From a virus: a stretch of DNA of 64,000 nt. Shown one piece after another: positions 37,647-45,704 of this stretch; the first letter of the stretch is position 1; each line of letters opens with the position of its first letter. Position numbers and translations under genes: made by a program. Location of the stretch: the IMG/VR virus record IMGVR_UViG_3300025010_000005, positions 1 to 64,000 of that record; one strand, 5' to 3'. The notes under the pieces were generated by a model that saw only the letters and a list, made by a program, of their open reading frames with translations, did no database searches and was not told the DNA's origin.

Positions 37647-37853
37647 ATGGATGAAGAAGATTTGAAAAATTTGGAAAGCTGGTTATCTTATGAAGTGGAA
37701 CAAAATCTTGATAGGTATATGGGAAAGGTTTTAGACCTAATCATAGACTATCGAGAAATTACAAAAGATAGAGATGAATGGGAGAAAATGTATAACAAGT
37801 TAAAAGACAATATTCCAGAACGTTGTACTGGTTGTGATGAGAAGGGATGTTGA
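37647..37853 (+). CDS. Hypothetical protein
   Basis: AAGGAG RBS. Confidence 0.6.
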   Translation: MDEEDLKNLESWLSYEVEQNLDRYMGKVLDLIIDYREITKDRDEWEKMYNKLKDNIPERCTGCDEKGC

Positions 37854-37963
37854 ATATGGCCCCTGGGCCACAAATATCTAGGGAATAGAATATTCCCCCC
37901 TATGGGTGAAATATCCTTGGGGCGAACGCACTATAATCCTGGAATTTAATATCTACTTCTAAT

Positions 37964-37991
37964 GGAGGCCGTATTTTACGGTCTCTTTTTT
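37964..37991 (+). terminator. Intrinsic terminator ending the early operon
   Basis: gaggccgta-ttt-tacggtctc-tttttt. Confidence 0.75.
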
Positions 37992-38835
37992 GCTTGGGAC
38001 TATACTGATCGGTATATTACAGTCTTAGGATTTGAAAAGTGGACCCATATTTCAAATTATTGAGCGTGTTTTTAAATAAAGAAGAAAAAGAGAGAAGATA
38101 ATATTTAGTCAAATGATTGAAGAACGGAAGAAAAAGAGAAGAGAAATAAACATTAAGCGTTAATAACAACATATATTTGAGGTGTGTTGGAGGAATGAGA
38201 AGATTGAATGAAAATTTTGTTGAGTATTATAAAGAAATGAAAGAATTTTGTATGTTATTTTGTAAGATATATAAGAAAAGAAGAAAAATTGAAAGATAAA
38301 TATGTCCGATATGTTTTATTTTGGTTCTGCAAAAGAACTTCCTTCCATCGATTTATGGAATAGAACAAGACAAAAAAAATACACTTAGACTCTTTTTACA
38401 AGAATTTAAGCGTTATAGTTATTTTATATTATTATTCCCATATATTGATCTGTCTTATGGTCTCCTGCATGGGACTAGTCTCTTAACAATTCTTAATGTT
38501 AAGTTTTGTAAAGCTTCATTCATCGTTACAAACTACCCTCCATAGGACTATTCCCATTAGTTTTAAGGCGTGAATCGCTCAGGTCAAACTTGACCTAAAA
38601 ATGTTTTTATCGGCCTTAAATCATTTCTGACAAAACATTCAATATAAGGAAAAAACCGATGTTTTCGTTTTGAAGGATCGAGCGACAAGCATGGCGGAGT
38701 CCGATGGAGTTGTATATAAGCGAGGCGAAGTCTCTTTTTTTCCTGAAGTCGAGTAAACAAGTCGAGAGTCCAGGACTCTGCTATGTACCATAGTAAAGCT
38801 GGAAAAATTGATCTAATTTTGTTTTCTAAAACCCC

Positions 38836-38864
38836 TTGACAGGAGAAACGATCGGAGTTAATCT
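38836..38864 (+). promoter_or_regulatory. sigma70-type promoter
   Basis: TTGACA-17-TAATCT. Confidence 0.7.
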
Positions 38865-39007
38865 TGTTTCAAGTTCAAAGGGACATTGACAATTTGAGGG
38901 AAAACAAGCGTAACGGCGAAAGCCAACAAAACGCCATGCTATTATGTTATAGCCGTTTTCTCACTCATACCATAGCGCTCCAAGTGAGCGCGGAAAAGGA
39001 CTATCTA

Positions 39008-39625
39008 ATGGCTAAAGCAAATGACAACACCACCACCAAGCAAGCTCAACTCCAAGCCGCTATCGACAACGAAGCGATGATCAAGGCGGCCACTCAAGAG
39101 CCTAATGAGGCTCAGCAGGAAACGGAAAAGATCATGGCTGTCATCGCCAATCCGATCGAGTTGTTGCGCAACAAGAAAAAAGTGGCTTTGCAGGCGGAAA
39201 TTGACGAATTGAAGGCTTTGATGGTCGATCCTGAAGCGATCGATCAAGCAAGGGAAGACCTCGAATTGGCCGAGTCCAACTATAACACCGCCAAACAAGC
39301 CTACGATGCCCTCAAGGCCTCCAACCGTGACGCTGAAGTATATTTGAATCAGTTGACGGCCGACATGGGCAAGCTCAATGCTCCCATCTCAGTTCAAAGC
39401 GCACCCACTGGCTCCCGTCAAAGGACGGATAGCACTCAACTCCTCTCCAAGCTTCCCTCCACGTTCAAGCGTGGCGACATGAAGCAAGCGCTTGCCAACG
39501 TCAAAGGATGTGACGTGGACATGGTGAGTGATAACAGCGTTTCCGGCATGATCTACAAATTGGCGCATGGTGAGCGCCCGGTAATCCAACCCACCAACAA
39601 CTCCGGCGAATACTCCAAGGTTTAA
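39008..39625 (+). CDS. Coiled-coil protein with C-terminal winged helix; GC-richer than flanks
   Basis: ATG after AAAGGA; LPSTF..SVSGMIYKL..GEYSKV resembles 27266..27589; 31/60 G+C at 39301-39360. Confidence 0.75.
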   Translation: MAKANDNTTTKQAQLQAAIDNEAMIKAATQEPNEAQQETEKIMAVIANPIELLRNKKKVALQAEIDELKALMVDPEAIDQAREDLELAESNYNTAKQAYDALKASNRDAEVYLNQLTADMGKLNAPISVQSAPTGSRQRTDSTQLLSKLPSTFKRGDMKQALANVKGCDVDMVSDNSVSGMIYKLAHGERPVIQPTNNSGEYSKV

Positions 39626-39631
39626 CGCAAG

Positions 39632-39658
39632 GGACTCCCGAATGGGAGTCCTTTTTTT
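39632..39658 (+). terminator. Intrinsic terminator
   Basis: ggactccc-gaat-gggagtcc-ttttttt. Confidence 0.85.
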
Positions 39659-39761
39659 AACTATATATCCTCACAGACTCCTCACAGAAGTTATACGCTT
39701 CCTTTGTGTTTAAAGTCCGATTCGGGAGTCTTTTTTTTCTGTTTTTCTTGCTTAACATATA

Positions 39762-39790
39762 TTGACAACAGACTATGAACCTGCTATTGT
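39762..39790 (+). promoter_or_regulatory. sigma70-type promoter
   Basis: TTGACA-17-TATTGT with extended TG. Confidence 0.7.
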
Positions 39791-39823
39791 GTAGGAGTGG
39801 ACGCAAGGGAAAGGAGAAACGCA

Positions 39824-39982
39824 ATGACAATTAAGGAATTTAAAGCTTTGATGGTCAAGACGGCAGCCGAAAACAAAAACAATAAAATAATATTTAAAGC
39901 GTGTTTCGGGGCGTTAGAGTCCATTAATTTCGAGGTTGACTGGCTGGACGTAATTGAACAGTACAAAGGGAAGGGAGGCTAA
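39824..39982 (+). CDS. 52-aa monocistronic early protein
   Basis: AAGGAG RBS; followed by terminator ggaggc-taac-gcctcc-T9. Confidence 0.65.
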   Translation: MTIKEFKALMVKTAAENKNNKIIFKACFGALESINFEVDWLDVIEQYKGKGG

Positions 39983-40273
39983 CGCCTCCTTTTTTTTGCC
40001 TATATGTCAATTGACGGGTATATCATGGCACCTTCCATACAATCGCTTTAAACACCTCTCACAGCCTCAGGAAGGCCCCTTACATATGGCCATGCTACAA
40101 TCTATCATCCGACCAGGAGAGGCACCTTTACGACTCAACCAGGGTGCTTCTGCAACACGAGTCCAAAATAGGCCCCCTGTCGCAAAAATTTCGGGAGTCT
40201 GCATGTGGGTGGGGGCTGGATGGGTGACAATATATTAGTAGTATTTAACCGTTTGTCGGAATCGCTGACCGGA

Positions 40274-40609
40274 TTAAAACAAAGTAATTTCGACTAAGGC
40301 AATAAATTTTAGATCAAAAAATTTACCACTCAATCTTGTTTGTTCTGTTTTTATGTAATTTAATTTCTTCATTCTCCTAATATATCCTGCAATCTGGTTA
40401 AATGTATATTCTTCTTTGTTATAATTAAATTCTAAAAGTATATCTCTATAACTTTTTGGGTCTTCATTCTTTATAATTTGTAAAATTTTAACATATTTTC
40501 TGTTATAAGCATTATTTTTTAAAGAAATTTTTTGCATATTTGTCTCCTTTATACCGTTAACCACAAACGTTGACCGTAATCGTTTGTCACTTTTTATTTT
40601 ATATATCAC
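40274..40609 (-). CDS. Winged-helix DNA-binding protein
   Basis: KILQII..SYRDI..IAGYIRRMKKLNYIK; alternative start at 40537. Confidence 0.6.
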   Translation of the reverse strand: MIYKIKSDKRLRSTFVVNGIKETNMQKISLKNNAYNRKYVKILQIIKNEDPKSYRDILLEFNYNKEEYTFNQIAGYIRRMKKLNYIKTEQTRLSGKFFDLKFIALVEITLF

Positions 40610-40808
40610 GTCTCCTAATATAACAAATTAGAACTCTACATCTCCTATTTGATGTATTAGATTCATTTAAACATTTTCAGAAATTGTATAAGGTGTATTT
40701 GTACGTCTCCTGTTACAACTTAACCTTACAAAAAGAAGCCCCCTTTATGGAGGCTTCATCATATCTAAATGAATAAAACTTTTCGGGCAAAGCATATAAA
40801 CTTCTGGT

Positions 40809-41231
40809 TTATTTAACTCCAAGAACTCTACGACTATATCTACTTCTATATATGCCTCTGGAAACAACTGCTGATCTTCCCATATTATAGGCACATAAGG
40901 TTCTATGCCAATCTCCATTGAAGAACAAATTAAGTCTCTTAAGCAATCGAGCGCCAGCGTTAATATTGTCTTGAGGGTTATTCCACTTCTCTCCTTTATA
41001 GAAGTGATCTAATTTAACTTGCATCAATCCATATGCTTGACCAGAAACAACTGTTCTCCTAAAGCTTGATTCATACAAAATAACTCTTTTAATTATCTTC
41101 TCTGGTACTTTATATCTCACTGAAGCAGAATATATCTCTTTATTGTATCTGTCTCTTATATCTCCTGCATACACCTTTTCGGGTAAACAAATATTAAATA
41201 GTAAAACAATTAATAATATATATCTTAGAAT
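40809..41231 (-). CDS. Lytic transglycosylase (SLT) with N-terminal signal peptide; probable ATT start
   Basis: YESS, AYGLMQ, NINAG, AYNMG; upstream in-frame ILRYILLIVLLFNICLPEKVYA after AAGGAG. Confidence 0.82.
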   Translation of the reverse strand: MLRYILLIVLLFNICLPEKVYAGDIRDRYNKEIYSASVRYKVPEKIIKRVILYESSFRRTVVSGQAYGLMQVKLDHFYKGEKWNNPQDNINAGARLLKRLNLFFNGDWHRTLCAYNMGRSAVVSRGIYRSRYSRRVLGVK

Positions 41232-41344
41232 GATTATCTCCTTATTCTCTGGTATATCCGTTAAAAATAAAATAAACTCCTAACTATTATCTAGTTAAGA
41301 GTCTTATAAATCCCATATATCTCGTATAGTCTTCTTTTATAGTC

Positions 41345-41662
41345 TCCTACGTGAGTAGGATAACCAGGAAGGTTAAACTGAACTATCCCGTTGTCCCTCG
41401 TCTCTTTCTTTCATCCTTTGATGGTTTCACGAGGTTTTTTGGAACACCCGTTTATAAACATCAGAAAATGCCGAATAGTATTTTGGCACTATTCAGAAAG
41501 AGCGAGGAACAGCGGATGAAGTTGTACACCTCCACTTGATAGTTCAGATAACCTCTGGTTTTTGTTTGTTCCCAGTATAGGCCGATCTTCACTAGGTACT
41601 TGTCGTTGCCCCTGTCCCTACAGCCCAACGTGTTGAATTCTATTTCAACATTAAACTTGTAC
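41345..41662 (-). ncRNA. Candidate roughly 320-nt highly structured non-coding RNA
   Basis: Nested long-range stems (41362-41387 with 41538-41560; 41388-41409 with 41495-41515), several hairpins, late-promoter motif at 41668-41680, no credible ORF. Confidence 0.65.
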
Positions 41663-41673
41663 CATGTATTATT

Positions 41674-42114
41674 TTACATCTCTTTTGCTAATTCATCACA
41701 TCTCTCATTGTATTGGTTTCCAGAATGTCCTCTTACATATTGCCATGTAATATCCAAACCTTGAGTCTTCTGGTCTAACTCAATCCAAAGGTCTATATTT
41801 TTATATTTGGAGTTAGAATCGAATTGACCAATCCTCTTCCAGTTATGAATCCATTTTGTTATACCACTGATTACATACATGGAATCTGTATGAATCGTTA
41901 TAGGGATTGTTTTTATATCTAATTTGTTCATTACCAAGATTGCTGCTTTTAATTCTTCCCTATTATTTGTTGTATATGCAGATCGTTCACCTTTAAATTC
42001 TCTTTTTTGAATTGTAAAGTGTTCGTTTCTAAGTAATAATATTGCAGAATGATTTCCTGAACCGGGATTTCCCAAACATGATCCATCACAATATGCTTCT
42101 ATTTTAAAACTCAA
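41674..42114 (-). CDS. rnhA: Ribonuclease HI
   Basis: YCDGSCLGNPG, TTNNREEL, TDSMYV, KNIDLW, VRGHSG..NERCDELA. Confidence 0.95.
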   Translation of the reverse strand: MSFKIEAYCDGSCLGNPGSGNHSAILLLRNEHFTIQKREFKGERSAYTTNNREELKAAILVMNKLDIKTIPITIHTDSMYVISGITKWIHNWKRIGQFDSNSKYKNIDLWIELDQKTQGLDITWQYVRGHSGNQYNERCDELAKEM

Positions 42115-42157
42115 ATTTCCCCCTAATAAAAAGGCCAGATTTCTCTGGCCAATAAAT

Positions 42158-42400
42158 TTACTTGCTCTGGAATAACATACAATGGCATTGTCCGTTAAAC
42201 TGTATATTATCTTCTGAATCTTTACAAGGGCAAATATATTGTCTTCTACTAACCTCTGGAACTAAATCAATAACAATGCATGGACAATAAGCTCGCTTGT
42301 ATATTTTCTCGTTGTGTGCAAGTCCTTCAACGATTGTGTCATATACTTCTTCGTTTACTGTATATCCTTTTATTTCGGCATACTTCTTTATATTAAGCAT
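42158..42400 (-). CDS. Ferredoxin-thioredoxin reductase catalytic subunit-like protein
   Basis: CPC...CPC...CHC 4Fe-4S/disulfide signature; GL..N..Y...YCPC. Confidence 0.88.
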   Translation of the reverse strand: MLNIKKYAEIKGYTVNEEVYDTIVEGLAHNEKIYKRAYCPCIVIDLVPEVSRRQYICPCKDSEDNIQFNGQCHCMLFQSK

Positions 42401-42401
42401 T

Positions 42402-42584
42402 TTACCTCTTCATATTATAATTCAATTCTGAGTCTTCATACCAGCAGAGTGTATTATCTCCGAAGATCAACAAGTAAGGTAAGTTATTATTATCACGAAA
42501 ATCTACTCTGTGAACAATTCCAACTCTTCCAACATTATTATCCTTTTGGTTGATAACGACAACTTCATCATCTAATCGAAACAT
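42402..42584 (-). CDS. Small SH3/KOW-like hypothetical protein
   Basis: D.V.VI..VGRVG.V..PY..WY..SEL pattern. Confidence 0.6.
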   Translation of the reverse strand: MFRLDDEVVVINQKDNNVGRVGIVHRVDFRDNNNLPYLLIFGDNTLCWYEDSELNYNMKR

Positions 42585-42600
42585 CTTTGTTTCCTCCTAT

Positions 42601-42894
42601 TTACTTCAACTCCACTATATAATCCCGGAGATTATTTAAGTCCCAATAAAGATCTTTGTTTCCGATTCTCGTTTCAATGATGTAACTGCAAGTATCTAAT
42701 TCTGTATCAATATCATAACAATGGATTCCACAATAATTTATATCTCCGTAAGTGAACACGATTAAGAAAGAATCTTCTGCTTCTCTAACGTATTCAATAT
42801 TCACTTGTTTCATCTCTGTTAGTTGCGAGAACACGTTAGCCATTTCGCCAAAATCACAATGTTTGATCACACCAAATAAATTTGAGCAATCCAT
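42601..42894 (-). CDS. Hypothetical protein
   Basis: In tightly packed minus-strand operon. Confidence 0.6.
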   Translation of the reverse strand: MDCSNLFGVIKHCDFGEMANVFSQLTEMKQVNIEYVREAEDSFLIVFTYGDINYCGIHCYDIDTELDTCSYIIETRIGNKDLYWDLNNLRDYIVELK

Positions 42895-42896
42895 CT

Positions 42897-43226
42897 TTAA
42901 GTTTCTCCCTTCATCACTTCCAATACTTTTCTAGCAATTTCATCTTTTTCTTTTCTCTCTTCAATTTCTTGAAGTCTAATAACTTCTTTAATATGATTTC
43001 TTAATTGAACGCATTCTAACCAATCTAATTTAATTTCATAAAATCCAAAATCCCAACCATTTTTTTTATCATATTTATTAAACGTAATCGTTCTAAAAAA
43101 TAAATTAATATTAACCCTAGCTGAAAGTGTTGGAAGATATTCGTCATCTGAATTTATAACATAAAATGTTCCGTGGTCTTGTATATATTTCATTGAATAA
43201 AGTAATTTAAGATATTGATCTCTCAT
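42897..43226 (-). CDS. Hypothetical protein
   Basis: GGAG RBS. Confidence 0.6.
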   Translation of the reverse strand: MRDQYLKLLYSMKYIQDHGTFYVINSDDEYLPTLSARVNINLFFRTITFNKYDKKNGWDFGFYEIKLDWLECVQLRNHIKEVIRLQEIEERKEKDEIARKVLEVMKGET

Positions 43227-43240
43227 ATTTAATTATCTCC

Positions 43241-43528
43241 TTAGTAATAATATGTTGCTATTTCTTTGAGTTTTACTTTGTTACACAAAAACTCATTTAG
43301 AAGGCTTTCTACATTTGTAAAAGGTTTATCAAGTCTATAAACAAACCATCCAATTTTTGCAACATATTTTTCATCTACATCTGGAACATGTCCAATAAGT
43401 TGAATCAACTTTTTATTGATGCTTTTTGAATCGCATCCGACGTTAACCTCGTAACTGTCAAATGGATCTCCATCTTGTACAAACATTTCTTCGCGAAGTC
43501 TTTTGGTTTTATAAACAATTATCTTCAT
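43241..43528 (-). CDS. Hypothetical protein
   Basis: GGAGG RBS. Confidence 0.6.
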   Translation of the reverse strand: MKIIVYKTKRLREEMFVQDGDPFDSYEVNVGCDSKSINKKLIQLIGHVPDVDEKYVAKIGWFVYRLDKPFTNVESLLNEFLCNKVKLKEIATYYY

Positions 43529-43536
43529 ATACCCTC

Positions 43537-43782
43537 CTATACATCAATTAAATTATCAAACTCTTTCGTAAGTCTATTTGGCGATCCACCATCTTCTATT
43601 ACACGCAAACATCTCCTTAAAGAATCAACATCAGAACCAGTATCATTGTCTATAAAAACTTTTATTGCTGCTGCTCTGTAAATCAATTGTGCTGGATATT
43701 GGCTACAATAATTTCTACTAAATCCAAGAAATTCAAACATCTCTTTTTCTTTTTCAGAGTAATCGTATTTCCTTCCGTTCAT
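43537..43782 (-). CDS. Hypothetical protein
   Basis: AAGGA RBS. Confidence 0.55.
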   Translation of the reverse strand: MNGRKYDYSEKEKEMFEFLGFSRNYCSQYPAQLIYRAAAIKVFIDNDTGSDVDSLRRCLRVIEDGGSPNRLTKEFDNLIDV

Positions 43783-43883
43783 ATTGTTTTCCTTTCATTT
43801 AACGTTTGTCTAAAATTCAATAACGGCCTTATATATATCTTTAGGTACAAAGTGACGTGTAGATTGTATAGCGCCTTTATGAA

Positions 43884-44384
43884 TTACTGTCTAATAAATT
43901 CAAGATAATCATTCCAAACGTTTAAAACATATACTTGCTTTTGTACAGCATAATTTACTGCGTTATATGTTCCTCCACCTATATCGCCATTCCATAAAGC
44001 CAAAAGGGTATCTCCTTCACCAACAAGTTCATCAACCATCCAGACATTTCGTTTCATCATCTTCCATGGATCATATCCAGGCCCACAAACATAATAAACC
44101 TCTTTTGATTCAGATAAAAGTTTTCTATATAATATCCTTGTTTTTTCTGGCCATACAGATTCTTGTCCTTTAAACGGAACCGCTGCAATAAATGGAATTT
44201 CCAAACAAATTGCTGCATCTGCAAGAGCCATGTCCCAACCAAGAGCCATACCAGAGATTACTTCCGCTGGCTTTAATTTAGATAAAATACTTTGTGCAAA
44301 ACAAATTAACTTATCATATTCTTCTGTCTCTGGATACGCGTTGTTCAATTTGTTTGGTCTGTGACCTGTTCCTGCTAAAATCAT
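43884..44384 (-). CDS. SLOG-family protein (YspA/DUF1273-like)
   Basis: GTGHRP, ISGMALGWD, AVPF..Q...W, RN.WMVD, ALWNG..GGT.N.V.YA. Confidence 0.85.
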   Translation of the reverse strand: MILAGTGHRPNKLNNAYPETEEYDKLICFAQSILSKLKPAEVISGMALGWDMALADAAICLEIPFIAAVPFKGQESVWPEKTRILYRKLLSESKEVYYVCGPGYDPWKMMKRNVWMVDELVGEGDTLLALWNGDIGGGTYNAVNYAVQKQVYVLNVWNDYLEFIRQ

Positions 44385-44623
44385 TTGCCAAGTACCTCAA
44401 CAATAAGTTTTTTGAATTTAATTCGAATATATTCTCCTTGTTGTAACTCTGCATATAAATCATTTCCTGCCATTCCATATTTTTTTACATTATAAATCGT
44501 GCTAACTGAATTAGATGTTACATTTAACCTATATTTTCCCTTTTCACACATATCAGAATTTTGTTCGGCCACGCTACACCCAAGCGAAAACAAGAACATT
44601 GCACCAATAATTAATCTTTTCAT
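44381..44623 (-). CDS. Putative lipoprotein
   Basis: MKR + hydrophobic stretch + lipobox SLGC. Confidence 0.6.
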   Translation of the reverse strand: MKRLIIGAMFLFSLGCSVAEQNSDMCEKGKYRLNVTSNSVSTIYNVKKYGMAGNDLYAELQQGEYIRIKFKKLIVEVLGK

Positions 44624-44625
44624 AT

Positions 44626-45129
44626 TTACCATCCTTTGCATTGAAGTGTATAAATCCCGACTTTATTTAGTTCTTCAATATTTCTCTGGTTGTCATCAAT
44701 CATAACTGTCACACCGTAGTCCAGACAAACTTGAGCCTTCCATTTTGCCAACTTTAAGGAAAATTTTTCATCGTCAAGTTGTTTTAACTTTCCACTATCT
44801 CTCAATTCATCAATATAATTGCTTCTTTCTGCCATAGATTTGAATAGTTGAGTTCCCCAATCTTCGTAGAAATGGCACGTTTTTTCGTCAATTCTTGCAA
44901 AAAGATGAGGAAAAGTGCACATTTGAAGCAAATCATAGCAAGAATGGTCAATTTCGAGACTTTCTAGGTATTTAATGGTAATTAGTGTTTCAGAAACGGG
45001 TCTTGCGGTAATAACATTGACATAACCAATATCCATGTAAGATTTCATCATGTGTTTATAAAATTTCGGATTACGGTCGATTGTACCATCCAAATCAATA
45101 CCAAGAACAAATATTTTCTCTTTATCCAT
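44626..45129 (-). CDS. HAD-superfamily phosphatase/nucleotidase
   Basis: GIDLDGT, ITAR, K..C, MIDD. Confidence 0.8.
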   Translation of the reverse strand: MDKEKIFVLGIDLDGTIDRNPKFYKHMMKSYMDIGYVNVITARPVSETLITIKYLESLEIDHSCYDLLQMCTFPHLFARIDEKTCHFYEDWGTQLFKSMAERSNYIDELRDSGKLKQLDDEKFSLKLAKWKAQVCLDYGVTVMIDDNQRNIEELNKVGIYTLQCKGW

Positions 45130-45335
45130 TAATCTCTCCTGCCATATTGAATAAGTTTAAGAAATTGATTTAACCCCATTTCAAACTTCTCGTTATCCTT
45201 CTCACTATATAAAATAACCGAGTTCGTTTCTTTTTCATATGAAAACACATGACAGTTTCCGTATATATTATGTTCGTCGTCGTCCTTAAATGAAACACTC
45301 ATTCCTGGTGTTGGAAAATAAAGAATATTACTCAA
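45129..45335 (-). CDS. Hypothetical protein
   Basis: TTG start after AAGGAG. Confidence 0.55.
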   Translation of the reverse strand: MSNILYFPTPGMSVSFKDDDEHNIYGNCHVFSYEKETNSVILYSEKDNEKFEMGLNQFLKLIQYGRRD

Positions 45336-45383
45336 TTTTTCTCCTTTTAAAATAATTGTAAACAATTTTGGAAAGGATTTTTT

Positions 45384-45704
45384 ATGTATCCAAGAAAAAC
45401 ATCTGATTTGGTAAAAACATATTCGCTTGATTCTAGAATCAGATTAGAAACCGGATTAAATTCTGGTTCACTTCACCTTTACTTTCTTATCAAGAAATAT
45501 CAATATACTTACAATATCTCTTTGCGTCAATATTCTAAATTAATGGGAATATCATTAAGGGCTGTCGTGAGATTGATAAGACCACTTTATGCTTTGGGTT
45601 ACATCGAAGCAGAGTGTAAAGATCTTCAAACTTCCGGCAAACCAAATGTTATTAGCATTGTAAAGAATATTAGCCTTTCCGATTACGATGAAGATGGAAA
45701 TTAA
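45384..45704 (+). CDS. Winged-helix protein opposite to surrounding genes
   Basis: ISLRQYSKLMGISLRAVVRLI..L..LGYI..GKPN; AAAGGA RBS. Confidence 0.65.
   Translation: MYPRKTSDLVKTYSLDSRIRLETGLNSGSLHLYFLIKKYQYTYNISLRQYSKLMGISLRAVVRLIRPLYALGYIEAECKDLQTSGKPNVISIVKNISLSDYDEDGN

Noticed and set aside
38321-40238. ORFs 38321..38545 and 39954..40238
   Set aside because: No RBS, atypical composition; the second crosses a terminator
41351-41539. 62-aa plus-strand ORF within the structured element
   Set aside because: No RBS, opposite to local transcription; sequence better explained by base-pairing
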